The position numbers were made by a program, and so were the translations under genes. DNA of 63,188 nucleotides, the filler included, from Octopus bimaculoides (taxonomy: Eukaryota), in assembly GCF_001194135.2 (NCBI RefSeq). It is 7 parts of 7 records of this genome, joined end to end, with 100 filler letters (N's around TTAATTAATTAA, not from the genome) between each part and the next. Parts side by side here need not be neighbours in the genome. Positions count along the whole stretch, not along the records: positions 1 to 5,306 come from NW_026343229.1; positions 5,407 to 27,123 come from NC_068991.1; 5 more parts are not named here. One strand, 5' to 3'. Under the pieces are notes generated by a model. The model made no database searches and was not told where the DNA came from. It was given only the letters and a program-made list of their open reading frames with translations. Positions 1 to 9,998 of the stretch are shown here, one piece after another (the first letter of the stretch is position 1; the number at the start of each line of letters is the position of its first letter).

Positions 1-99
1 CCCCCCCCCCCCCCATCGCTCGACAACATGTGTTTACGTCCCAGTAACTTAGCGACCATCCCCACCAACTCATGTGGTTTCCTTTTGCTCGTATTACAG

Positions 100-262
100 C
101 CACGATCCCGCTCGCTTGCTGCTGACATTTGGGGCTTCTGTAAACTATGCTGACAGGTGCAAGAAGAACAGCCCCCTGCACTGGGCCTGCCAGTATGGGA
201 ACCAAGTGGTGATCAAGATTTTGGTCGAGGCAGGAGCCAACACTGAAGCTTTGAATGCTAAG
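100..262 (+). CDS. ZDHHC17: Ankyrin-repeat DHHC palmitoyltransferase (ZDHHC17/HIP14-like), internal exon A (ankyrin repeats)
   Basis: ttacag|C acceptor, AAG|gtaaga donor. Encodes HDPARLLLTFGASVNYADRCKKNSPLHWACQYGNQVVIKILVEAGANTEALNAK, an ankyrin repeat resembling the ZDHHC17 segment RLLLTF..LHWA..GN..LL.EAGAN. Upstream exons lie outside the window. Confidence 0.93.
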
Positions 263-283
263 GTAAGAAATTGTCTTCAGTGA

Positions 284-640
284 CATCATCATCATTTAAC
301 GTCTGTTTTCCATGCTGGCATGGGTTGGATGGTTCGACTGGGGTCTGCGAAGCCAGGGAGCTGCACCAGGCTCCAATCTGATTTACCACGGTTTCTACAG
401 CTGGATGCCCTTCCTAATGCCAACCACTCCGAGAGTGTAGTGGGTGCTTTTACGTGCCACCGGCACAGGAACCAGTCAGGCAGCACTGGCATCGGCCATG
501 CTTGAATGGTGCTTTTTACCTGCCAGTCATTATCACCATCATCATCATCATCTCCATCATCATCATCACCATTGTCATCATTATCATCGTCATTTAACGT
601 CCACTTTTCCATGCTGGCATGGGTCAGATGGATTTTATGT
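284..640 (-). mobile_element. RTE-LINE 3' end / derived SINE with (ATG)n tail, two partial copies
   Basis: Shares ggatgcccttcctaatgccaaccactccgagag and catgctggcatggg with the RT-bearing copy at 14167-15082. Confidence 0.75.
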
Positions 641-819
641 GAGGCAGATTTTCTGTGACCAGCTGGCTTTCCTGTTAACGGCACATATGCATTTGTGCAT
701 GATGGCCATGGTAGGAATACTGCAGTCTCCTCAATGATTCGTACATATGAACAAACATCTCCAACAGTCACACCTTCGTTTTTTTTTTTTCCATCGTCAT
801 TTTCTTTCTCCCCCTCCAG

Positions 820-945
820 GGTGAAACTGCTCTGGACATTGCTCTGTCCCTGAAAAACAGCTCAGTAATCCGCTGGCTGCGGACCGCACGAGCAGAGCGA
901 GGCATTGGACACAAGCATTGTTTACAAGTTCTTACTTCAAAGAAG
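820..945 (+). CDS. ZDHHC17: ZDHHC17-like exon B (last ankyrin repeat and linker)
   Basis: Polypyrimidine tract + ccag|G, AAG|gtaagt. 126 nt, phase 0/0: GETALDIALSLKNSSVIRWLRTARAERGIGHKHCLQVLTSKK. Confidence 0.92.
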
Positions 946-1661
946 GTAAGTTTGCTTGACATTGTTCCAGTCAGGATTTTTCCTTTAAAAGCTTGTCTTT
1001 GTTATAGATTCTTAAGTGTCGACTGTAGATGAGGCATGAAAATTGAAGAAAATAAATTAAGCTTTTTTTTTTTTTATTACCCAATCTTTCCTTCTTTAAG
1101 TATAAGTTTGGAAGAAAGGAGTTCCANNNNNNNNNNNNNNNNNNNNNNNNNNNNNNNNNNNNNNNNNNNNNNNNNNNNNNNNNNNNNNNNNNNNNNNNNN
1201 NNNNNNNNNNNNNNNNNNNNNNNNNNNNNNNNNNNNNNNNNNNNNNNNNNNNNNNNNNNNNNNNNNNNNNNNNNNNNNNNNNNNNNNNNNNNNNNNNNNN
1301 NNNNNNNNNNNNNNNNNNNNNNNNNNNNNNNNNNNNNNNNNNNNNNNNNNNNNNNNNNNNNNNNNNNNNNNNNNNNNNNNNNNNNNNNNNNNNNNNNNNN
1401 NNNNNNNNNNNNNNNNNNNNNNNNNNNNNNNNNNNNNNNNNNNNNNNNNNNNNNNNNNNNNNNNNNNNNNNNNNNNNNNNNNNNNNNNNNNNNNNNNNNN
1501 NNNNNNNNNNNNNNNNNNNNNNNNNNNNNNNNNNNNNNNNNNNNNNNNNNNNNNNNNNNNNNNNNNNNNNNNNNNNNNNNNNNNNNNNNNNNNNNNNNNN
1601 NNNNNNNNNNNNNNNNNNNNNNNNNNNNNNNNNNNNNNNNNNNNNNNNNNNNNNNNNNNNN

Positions 1662-1900
1662 ACAGCTGGATGCCCTTCCTAACGCCAACCACTCCGAGAG
1701 TGTAGTGCTTTTACGTGCCACCGCCACGAAGGCCAGTCAGGCGGTACTGGCAACGGCCACGCTCAAAATGGTGTATTTTACGTGCCACCCGCACAAGAGC
1801 CAGTCCAGGGGCACTGGCAATGATCTCGCTCGAAAATCCTTACACATGTCACGGGCACAAGTGCCAGAAAGGCGACGCTGGGCACAGGTGCTATCCCGAT
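1662..1900 (-). mobile_element. RTE-LINE 3' UTR fragment
   Basis: Same family motifs; truncated by the gap. Confidence 0.7.
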
Positions 1901-1915
1901 TTCACTTTCGCTTGC

Positions 1916-1950
<35 letters not shown>

Positions 1951-1992
1951 AAACAATAAATGTGTGTTGTAATGCCTCTCTCTCTTTTCCAG

Positions 1993-2132
1993 TCTGTGCG
2001 TACCAACGTGATGAGTATATTCCCGTTTGTCGCTGTCTTCGTCCTGGGTTACATCCCTGAACTCTCCCTCAGGTGGTACTACAAGCTGCTTCTTTACCTT
2101 CTCGCTGCTGGGGTCGCAAAGTTAACTATAGA
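1993..2132 (+). CDS. ZDHHC17: ZDHHC17-like exon C (transmembrane region)
   Basis: cttttccag|TCT, GA|gtaagt. SVRTNVMSIFPFVAVFVLGYIPELSLRWYYKLLLYLLAAGVAKLTI; phases compatible with both neighbours. Confidence 0.9.
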
Positions 2133-2322
2133 GTAAGTACCCCATTAATTGTTGTTGTTGTTGTTGTTGTTGTATAGCCACAGGTCAGGCAAGGCCTGAT
2201 CCAATAGACTTTACAGTCAAAGATTTACTAGCTGTGACCATCCCATCTTTCATTCAGGCATAGTGTATCTAGGACTGCATTATCTAATGTATAGTATAGT
2301 ATAGTTGCTTGTATTTCTGGCT

Positions 2323-2358
<36 letters not shown>

Positions 2359-2437
2359 TGCTGTGTGGAAGGTGTTTATAAGCCATTTAATAAAACACAC
2401 AAAAACCATTAGATTCACTCCAACATATAAAATTTAA

Positions 2438-2489
2438 TTTGCCGAAATATTTTCGTCGCTTTGAGACCGGGACCTGTTCACTGACAAAA
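2438..2489 (-). ncRNA. Minimal type I hammerhead ribozyme candidate, G3-C8 core variant
   Basis: Minus strand: UUUUGUCA-GUGAACA-G-GUCCC-ggucucaaa-GCGAC-GAA-AAUAUU-U-CGGCAAA; palindromic stem III AAUAUU; one stem II and one stem I mismatch in this copy. Confidence 0.55.
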
Positions 2490-2589
2490 TTCCGTGCTGC
2501 ACGGAATTTTGCCAGTGACTAAAATATTTTTTGCAAATTAAATTTTATATTTTTTTAACATAAAATAATAATATTAGCATCATAGCCAT

Positions 2590-2945
2590 GTGGTGGGGGA
2601 GCATCATAGCCATGTGTTGAGAGGAATTCTTTGGGGTTTGAATAATTCACCTTTGGAAACACGGGTGTTCTGCTCAACATCCTTAAACAACCCTTATTCA
2701 GGGACCTTTTGAGTGGGATGGGCTACTCGACCTGAAGAAAATTCTAACTGGGCCCCACCTGCAAGGTCAAGTGCTGTTTATCTTGATACGAGATCACCAT
2801 GTCGTGCACATATGGTTGTGATGCATGTGCCTGGTGTACCCTTATCAGACGGGTAGTCATGATGGGTATATTGGGCTTCGTATATTTGTACCCTAGTGTC
2901 ACTTTGATGGCATGCACTGCTCTCTCACTCAATAATAATAACGTT
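2590..2945 (+). repeat. Unclassified interspersed repeat ending in (AAT)n; partial copy at about 19390-19550
   Basis: Shared segment gcacatatggttgtgatgcatgtgcctgg..cccttatcagac..gtagtcatgatgggtata. Confidence 0.65.
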
Positions 2946-3077
2946 GTCTCTTGAGGTCTCTGGGTGAGACTTGTACTAATGTAAAGCAAAAGTCAAACAT
3001 GAAATAATAATAATACTAATAATGTTATGGCAATAATAAAAATAATAATGATAATAATGATATTTTGTGTTTTTCAG

Positions 3078-3178
3078 GTTATTTTTTGACAACAACGTAA
3101 GTGTGGTTGTCCCGAAGTATGTCTCCCTTGCTACAGTATTCTGGTTATACACAACATGGTTTATTTGTCTGCTGCCTT
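3078..3178 (+). CDS. ZDHHC17: ZDHHC17-like exon D (transmembrane region), ending at a U12-type donor
   Basis: ttttcag|G acceptor; (E)LFFDNNVSVVVPKYVSLATVFWLYTTWFICLLP; donor T|GTATCCTTT. Confidence 0.88.
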
Positions 3179-4476
3179 GTATCCTTTTCATAGCTCATCA
3201 TCTTCTATTTGTTTTCGATTGCGGCCAGGCTGGGGCACTCCCTCCAACGGTTTCTGTTGGTTGAACAAAAAAAAAAAAAACTGATCTCGGGGATTTCTTT
3301 TGTTTTTTTTTTTCTTTTTCTTTTCTCTTTTCTCTCTTTTACTTGTTTCAGTCATTTGACTGCGGCCATGCTGGAGCACCGCCTTTATAGTCGAACAAAT
3401 CGACACCCAGGACTTATTCTTTGGAAAGCCTAGTACTTATTCTATCGGTCTGTTTTGCCGAACCGCTAAGTTACAGGGACGTAAACACACCAGCATCGGT
3501 TGTCAAGCGATGTTGGGGAGACAAACACAGACACACAAACATATATATATATACATATATACGACAGGCTTCTTTCAGNNNNNNNNNNNNNNNNNNNNNN
3601 NNNNNNNNNNNNNNNNNNNNNNNNNNNNNNNNNNNNNNNNNNNNNNNNNNNNNNNNNNNNNNNNNNNNNNNNNNNNNNNNNNNNNNNNNNNNNNNNNNNN
3701 NNNNNNNNNNNNNNNNNNNNNNNNNNNNNNNNNNNNNNNNNNNNNNNNNNNNNNNNNNNNNNNNNNNNNNNNNNNNNNNNNNNNNNNNNNNNNNNNNNNN
3801 NNNNNNNNNNNNNNNNNNNNNNNNNNNNNNNNNNNNNNNNNNNNNNNNNNNNNNNNNNNNNNNNNNNNNNNNNNNNNNNNNNNNNNNNNNNNNNNNNNNN
3901 NNNNNNNNNNNNNNNNNNNNNNNNNNNNNNNNNNNNNNNNNNNNNNNNNNNNNNNNNNNNNNNNNNNNNNNNNNNNNNNNNNNNNNNNNNNNNNNNNNNN
4001 NNNNNNNNNNNNNNNNNNNNNNNNNNCACACACACACATATACACATATATATATACACACACACACATATATATACATATATACACACAGGCGGCGAGC
4101 TGGCAGAAACGTTAGCACGCCGGGCGAAATGCTTAGCCGTATTTCGTCTGCCGCTACGTTCTGAGTTCAAATTCCGCCGAGGTCGACTTCGCCTTTCATC
4201 CTTTCGGGGTCAATTAAATCAGTACCAGTTACGCACTGGGGTCGATATAATCGACTTAATCCGTTTGTTTGTCTTTGTTTGTCCCCTCTGTGTGTAGCCC
4301 CTTGTGGGTAGTAAAGAAATAACACATATATATATACACACACACACACACCCACACACACATATATATATACACACACACACACACACATATATATTTC
4401 TATGAGATTCTGCCAATATTCTTGCTCCATATATCCCACCTTATATATATCTGATCCCTTAACGCTCCCCTCCCAG
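3179..4476 (+). other. U12-type (minor spliceosome) GT-AG intron
   Basis: 5' site GTATCCTTT; branch sequence TCCCTTAAC at 4455-4463, about 14 nt before the 3' CAG. Joining the flanks restores the frame (T+AT = Tyr). Confidence 0.88.
4091..4320 (+). mobile_element. tRNA-derived SINE family B. Other copies at about 9060-9345(-), 18830-19010(-), 19550-19750(-), 28590-28752(-), 45497-45581(+), 56960-57190(+)
   Basis: Head ggcgagctggcagaaacgttagc..ttctgagttcaaattcc (A/B boxes) and conserved central gcctttcatcctttcggggtcgataaattaagtacc. Confidence 0.8.
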
Positions 4477-4601
4477 ATCATTCCGCAAGCACTGCCCCCT
4501 TCATATTTGCTCTGCTTTCTTCTGCGATGTTTTATAATTTATGGAAAAGCTGGCGTTCCGATCCTGGATTCATATCAGCCACAAGAGATGAAAAATTCCA
4601 G
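4477..4601 (+). CDS. ZDHHC17: ZDHHC17-like exon E (TM2 and SDPG motif)
   Basis: (Y)HSASTAPFIFALLSSAMFYNLWKSWRSDPGFISATRDEKFQ, resembling FYNFGKSWKSDPG of ZDHHC17; CAG|gtgagt donor. Confidence 0.93.
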
Positions 4602-4766
4602 GTGAGTTAGCCATCTCTCTCTGCCTCTCTCTCTCTCTCTCTGTGCCTCTCTCTGCCTCTCTCTCCCGTCTCTCTTATCCATCTCTAACCCTTCACTCCC
4701 CTCCAACCCTTCATTTCTTCCACTCCACCCTCACCACCCTTCACCAAGCCTTTCGTTCTCTTCCAG

Positions 4767-4923
4767 ACAATTCTAGAGTTTGCTGAGCTTCAGTCTATCA
4801 GCATGAACCAGTTCTGTAGTACGTGTGTTGTGAAGAGGCCGATTCGATCAAAACACTGTTCTGTCTGTAACAAATGTGTAGCCAAAATGGACCACCACTG
4901 TCCATGGATAAATAACTGCGTAG
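4767..4923 (+). CDS. ZDHHC17: ZDHHC17-like exon F (DHHC cysteine-rich catalytic domain)
   Basis: ttccag|ACA acceptor; [52 protein letters not shown](G); G|gtaagg donor. Downstream exons not found. Confidence 0.96.
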
Positions 4924-4993
4924 GTAAGGGTCACTTTGATTTGAACCTTGTTGCTTGCTGTTGCTTTGTTTAGTTGCAGGTAAGTCCTTATCC

Positions 4994-5306
4994 GTGGAGG
5001 TGCAATGGCCCAGTGGTTAGGGCAGCGGACTCGCGGTCATAGGATCGCGGTTTCGATTCCCAGACTGGGCGTTGCGAGTGTTTATTGAGCGAAAACGCCT
5101 AAAGCTCCACGAGGCTCCGGCAGGGGAAGGTGGCGAACCCTGCTGCACTCTTTCACCACAACTTTCTCTCACTCTTTCTTCCTGTTTCTGTTGTGCCTGT
5201 ATTTCAAAGGGTCAGCCTTGTCACACTTCGTGTCACACTGAATATCCCCGAGAACTACGTTAAGGGTACACGTGTCTGTGGAGTGCTCAGCCACTTGCAC
5301 GTTAAT
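4994..5306 (+). mobile_element. tRNA-derived SINE family C, truncated by gap
   Basis: A box tggcccagtggttagg, B box gtttcgattcc; homologous to 24135-24518 and 43995-44376. Confidence 0.85.
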
Positions 5307-5406
5307 NNNNNNNNNNNNNNNNNNNNNNNNNNNNNNNNNNNNNNNNNNNNTTAATTAATTAANNNNNNNNNNNNNNNNNNNNNNNNNNNNNNNNNNNNNN
5401 NNNNNN
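5307..5406. other. Artificial 100-nt scaffold gap (44 N + TTAATTAATTAA + 44 N); also at 27124-27223, 45582-45681, 49812-49911, 54044-54143, 61907-62006
   Basis: Identical layout six times; the linker gives stops in all six frames. Confidence 0.95.
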
Positions 5407-5519
5407 GCTGTATCCCGAAAATTGCATGCGATGCATGAAGTCTTGAATATGTTTTTGCCCCTCCCATGGACCGCACAGGGGGGATATGTTTTTCATTATT
5501 CTAACCAAATCGGCTACTA

Positions 5520-5553
<34 letters not shown>

Positions 5554-8500
5554 GTGTGTGTGTGTGAGTATGTATGTATGTATTTGTGTGTGTCTGTGTT
5601 TGTCCCTCTACCATTGCTTGACAACTGATGTTGGTGTGTTTACATCCCTGTAACTTAGCAGTTTGGCAAAAGAGATTGATAGAATAAGTACTAGGCTTAC
5701 AAAGAACAAGTCCTGGGGTAGATTTCTTTGACTAAAAGTGGTGCTCCAGTATGGCCGCAGTCAAAAGACTGAAACAAGTAAAAGAAATAAAAGAAAATAC
5801 ACACTCACACACACACAACTTCTGTATTGTTTCTATCTACCAAATTTGTCACAAAGCATTGGTAAACTGAAGTTTATGGACAACATTTGTCCAAGATGCC
5901 AGACAGTGTGATCAACCCTGAAACCAGACAGCCATGCCAGAGTGCTCAGTAAATTCTTTATTCTTACCAACATTAGAAGGATGAAAACTTGATTGGTGGG
6001 GGTTAAATGCAGAAACTAAAGGACCATAACTAAGTAACACATGATATTTTGTCCAATACTTTAACGATTCTACTACTTCACCATTCTTGTCTAGTTATAT
6101 ATTCTCATAAGAATATTAAATAAAAACTAGAAGCTAAAGCAAAATAATAATCAGTTATGATTAAGCAAACCTATGATAAAATGTCCCAACTGTGACTATT
6201 CTATGATACCCAGTTATGATAGCATCTAGAACTTCATGATCCAATGTGTCCTTCCATTTACTTAAAGATGATTAAATGTAGTTTGAGTGGAATTTGATTT
6301 ATTTCTAGCAGATCAAGCAACTGCATAGAAGTTCCCCAACAATGTAACTGGTTAGAATTGTATCCAAAGCATATTTCCTCTCCCTGCTAAGCAGATTTAA
6401 TAGAAACAAAGATATGTGATGAAATGTTTGTAAATGATTCAGCATAGACCCAATATTCCAGCCAAGCCATGCTCACCTGGTACAATCATGCCACGTAGAG
6501 AACAGCATAGCGAACAGAATCTGGCATCTAATGCCTTGTATATAATTAAATAAAGGCTGTTGTTTAACCTTAGGTCAGCCCTGATTGAGTAGATCCATGA
6601 TCAAATGAGAATCCCATCCTGATCATCATCTCAAATGGTCAAATTAAATTCCAGCAATGAAAATCTCATTTTTTTTATAACCAAGACAATGTGTTTTTGT
6701 TATGCATAAACTTGGTGGAACAGAATGAACCTCATAACTTCACTTCCTCTAATTTGCTGCTTAGCAATGCAGAGAGTTAAGTTAGAATCTAGTTTCTTTC
6801 ATCTTTCTGGTATCAAAAATGGTTGAGTCAGATGAAAGAAAACGAAAACAAAAACAAATGGAAAATATTGTTATGTGTGGCTCATATGATGATGACTGGC
6901 TGTTGCAGTCATTGTTTTGAATTTGTAAATTTGTCTACTTACTTGTCTAAAGGATATTTTTAAAAATAATTATAATTTCTATTTTAATCAACCCATTATG
7001 TTTCTGTCTGTTGTAAGTAAATCAAGTGGATATTAACAATATGATAGCCTTATAATGTTCTCATTCCTAACTACATAACATCTGCACTAGACTACGTTCA
7101 CACTTACACACACACACTTTAAATACAAACAGAAAAATAGAGTTAACTAGGGCTTAAACAACAACAGCAACTTAAACACGGGATAGCTTTTATATGTTTG
7201 CCCGGCCTGTTAGCTGTCAAATCTCCTTCAAGCAAACCCTGCCACGTAAAAAATAAAAATTAAAAAAAAGGAGGCCTTGGATAATGTAAGAAGGTGGCCT
7301 TGGATTATGTCTTCAAGACGACCGGAAAAGTCTTCGAACTCAGGTCACGGAAATGACTTGGAACTCAAAACCTGATGGTGGACTCGGCCAGGAGAAAGAG
7401 AGCTTGTTGCGTCATAATTATTTGTTATTATAGGCATGAAGTCTCTCTTATGTCTGTAGGGAAAAGTAGGCAGTTGCATTAGGCTAAATCCATCAAATTC
7501 CAGGAGCTAAGTTAATCTATATTTAAAGTGGGGAGTCGTCGGTCGAATTATAATTGAACGTCCTTAAATATCTAGTTAGCCAAGAGAGACACTAAGTAAT
7601 ACTGAATGTAAATAAATGTAAAAACGTTAAATTGATCGATACGAGACAGAATCTAAACTGCCATCTGGAACTACTGACTGAAAAACAACAAACAATCAAC
7701 GTGGTGGTTGTTGTTGAACCGAGGTAAACTCATAAAACAATTCCAAACATGACTGTCCGGTTTTTTCCTTTAAGCAAGGTGAAATCAGGACCACATAACA
7801 TGTATAAGATAGTAAGGTGTGATTTCAGAGACATTTGACAGCTATTTCTAGCATGCATAGGCTACAAAGGCGCTGTGAAAAATGAATTATTTGCGGCTGA
7901 TTTACTCGACCCAGTCATAACATATCCGTGTTATCGATACAGACGGGATGTAATGAAACCTCCAGATCAGCACTAAATAAGCAAAGGCATTCCACTTTTG
8001 ATTATCGCATCTTCAATTTAGACAGAATATCGAGGATCAGATTATTTTTTAAGGGGATAGCGTGGTATGAGGAGATTTAGTTGCTATTTCTAACGAGTCG
8101 TGTTTCGTAGAAGCTAGAAATAACAGCGCAAAAACAATAAGCTATCGTAACACAAAAAATAGATAAGATTGGTGAGGTGGATGCCTCCCATCAAGGACCT
8201 AATAGAGGGGAGAGAGGGATTCAAGGCATGGTAATATGGGTTTCCTTTTTTCGTTCCACAGCTCAAGCATGACAATAAATAATTAGGTCTCAAAACTCAG
8301 CAGAGAGAAGCTTTATAAACCTATATATCTCATGGAAGTGAACAACACATCTTGCTTCATTGCACACTCCACAAAGTAGAAAGAATGAAGACATCTAGTT
8401 CACACTACACCATACCTATAGGTTTCTGCTAGCAGTGATAATTCGTCTTTATCCTAAAACTACAAAATTCTTTCTGTAATCCTTGTTGTGACGTCGACTG

Positions 8501-9392
8501 GTAAACTCAAACAAACGTGGCTATAAGGAATCTCAGATCTCAGAACAACCGTTATTCTCTGGTGCTAATCATTTGTTAAGAAATAAAAAGGGTTAATGAT
8601 ATTGTTGATTAGATTAAACCTTGTTATTATTGGTATGTGTTTTTAGACACATCAGAGACATGTAAAAGCGATAAAAGTTTGCATTCATTATATTCGACAT
8701 TATTGATTAAATCGGAAGAAATAAAAAATGGTAAAATATTCCCCTCATAAAAATTCCGACAAACAAATTGAGAATAAAATTCAGTGGTGGGAGAAAAAAA
8801 AAAACAGATTTCGATTAATAATTATATTAAAAATGTTTCTTCTTCCATAACGAAACGAAGTAAATACAGTTGGTGACTAATAATTAGAGACGATGTTTTA
8901 GTAAAAATTATGTCAAATTATTAATAATATTGAAAAGATAATTAAGGAAGGGTAGTGATTTCTTCCTAAACAAACACACGAAATACATACACCACATGTG
9001 TCAACAAGTGTATAATAACAAACATGAATATGGAACAACAGTAATAATAATAATAATAGTCCTTCCCACTAGAGACACAAAGCCTGGAATTTTGTTGTAA
9101 GGCAGGGAGTTAGTCAATTACATCGACCCCAGTACTCAACTGGTATTTATTTCATCGATCCCCAAGGATGAAAGGCAAAGTCAACCTGGTCAGTATTTAA
9201 AACAATAATAATAATCTTTTCTACTAAAGGCACAAGGCCTGACATTTTGAGGGAGGGGACTAATCGATTACATCGACCCAGTGTGTAACTGGTACTTAAT
9301 TTATCGACCCCCGGAAGGATGAAAGACAAAGTCGACCTCGGCGGAAATAATAATAATAATAGTAATAAACAGGTTAAACATGATGCTAATGA

Positions 9393-9426
<34 letters not shown>

Positions 9427-9879
9427 GTTATTTATGATAATGACAGTTAAGGAGGTAAATAATTAAAACATTAGATGAATGACAACATCAACGCAAAGAC
9501 AAACTGTTATCGAGAAGGGGGGACTTTCGTTAGCACCGCGAGTCAAAGAAGATAATCGGATGTCTGTCCAGAATAATCCAAGGAATGTATTTTTCAAGAA
9601 ATCTAATGAGTATTTATGCGTTGTGTGACCTACACACGTGTGTTTGAACAGTTTGGTACCCGACCCAACGGGCAGATAAAGAACTGACATACCCTCATAC
9701 CCGACACAGACAATTGACATATCCGACGCTGGTCAGAGGCCACGGTGACATCAACTCCATCAACATTATTATTACTGTTACTTCCCATATTTCAGTTGTT
9801 ATTTTTAAAAACACAGAGACGTAATGGTAATTATTATTTTCATAAAAGAAAAGGTGATTTTATATAGAAATTACATTAC

Positions 9880-9998
9880 CTGAGTGGAACAATCTGAAAT
9901 TCGTCTTCACTCAAAGTAGACCAGGTTCCACCAAGACATTCTTTGCACCAGTCATAAGCTTTTTTGTTAATGTTTACTAGGCACCTGTCGTCGCCCAT
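9880..9998 (-). CDS. CHKA: Choline kinase (CHKA/CHKB-like), first coding exon
   Basis: MGDDRCLVNINKKAYDWCKECLGGTWSTLSEDEFQIVPLR resembles the choline kinase N-terminus (AYLWCKEFLPGAW..L.EDEF.I..IR). Ends AG|gtaatg just before the expected GGLSN motif. Paralog assignment not possible. Confidence 0.85.

Noticed and set aside
292-771. Poly-Asp/poly-His ORFs (also 19743-20078)
   Set aside because: Translations of (ATG/CAT)n retroelement tails and trinucleotide repeats.
4101-4120. GAAACGUU in family B SINE heads as a hammerhead half
   Set aside because: No upstream CUGANGA core or stem I; it is part of the tRNA-like A box.
5351-5362. TTAATTAATTAA as a biological palindrome or homeodomain site
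   Set aside because: Always centred in an exact 100-nt N gap; an assembly linker.
7340-7460. Minus-strand acceptor (ttttccctacag) as choline kinase exon 2
   Set aside because: The phase fits, but the translation (HKRDFMPIITNNYD..) has no GGLSN or kinase similarity.
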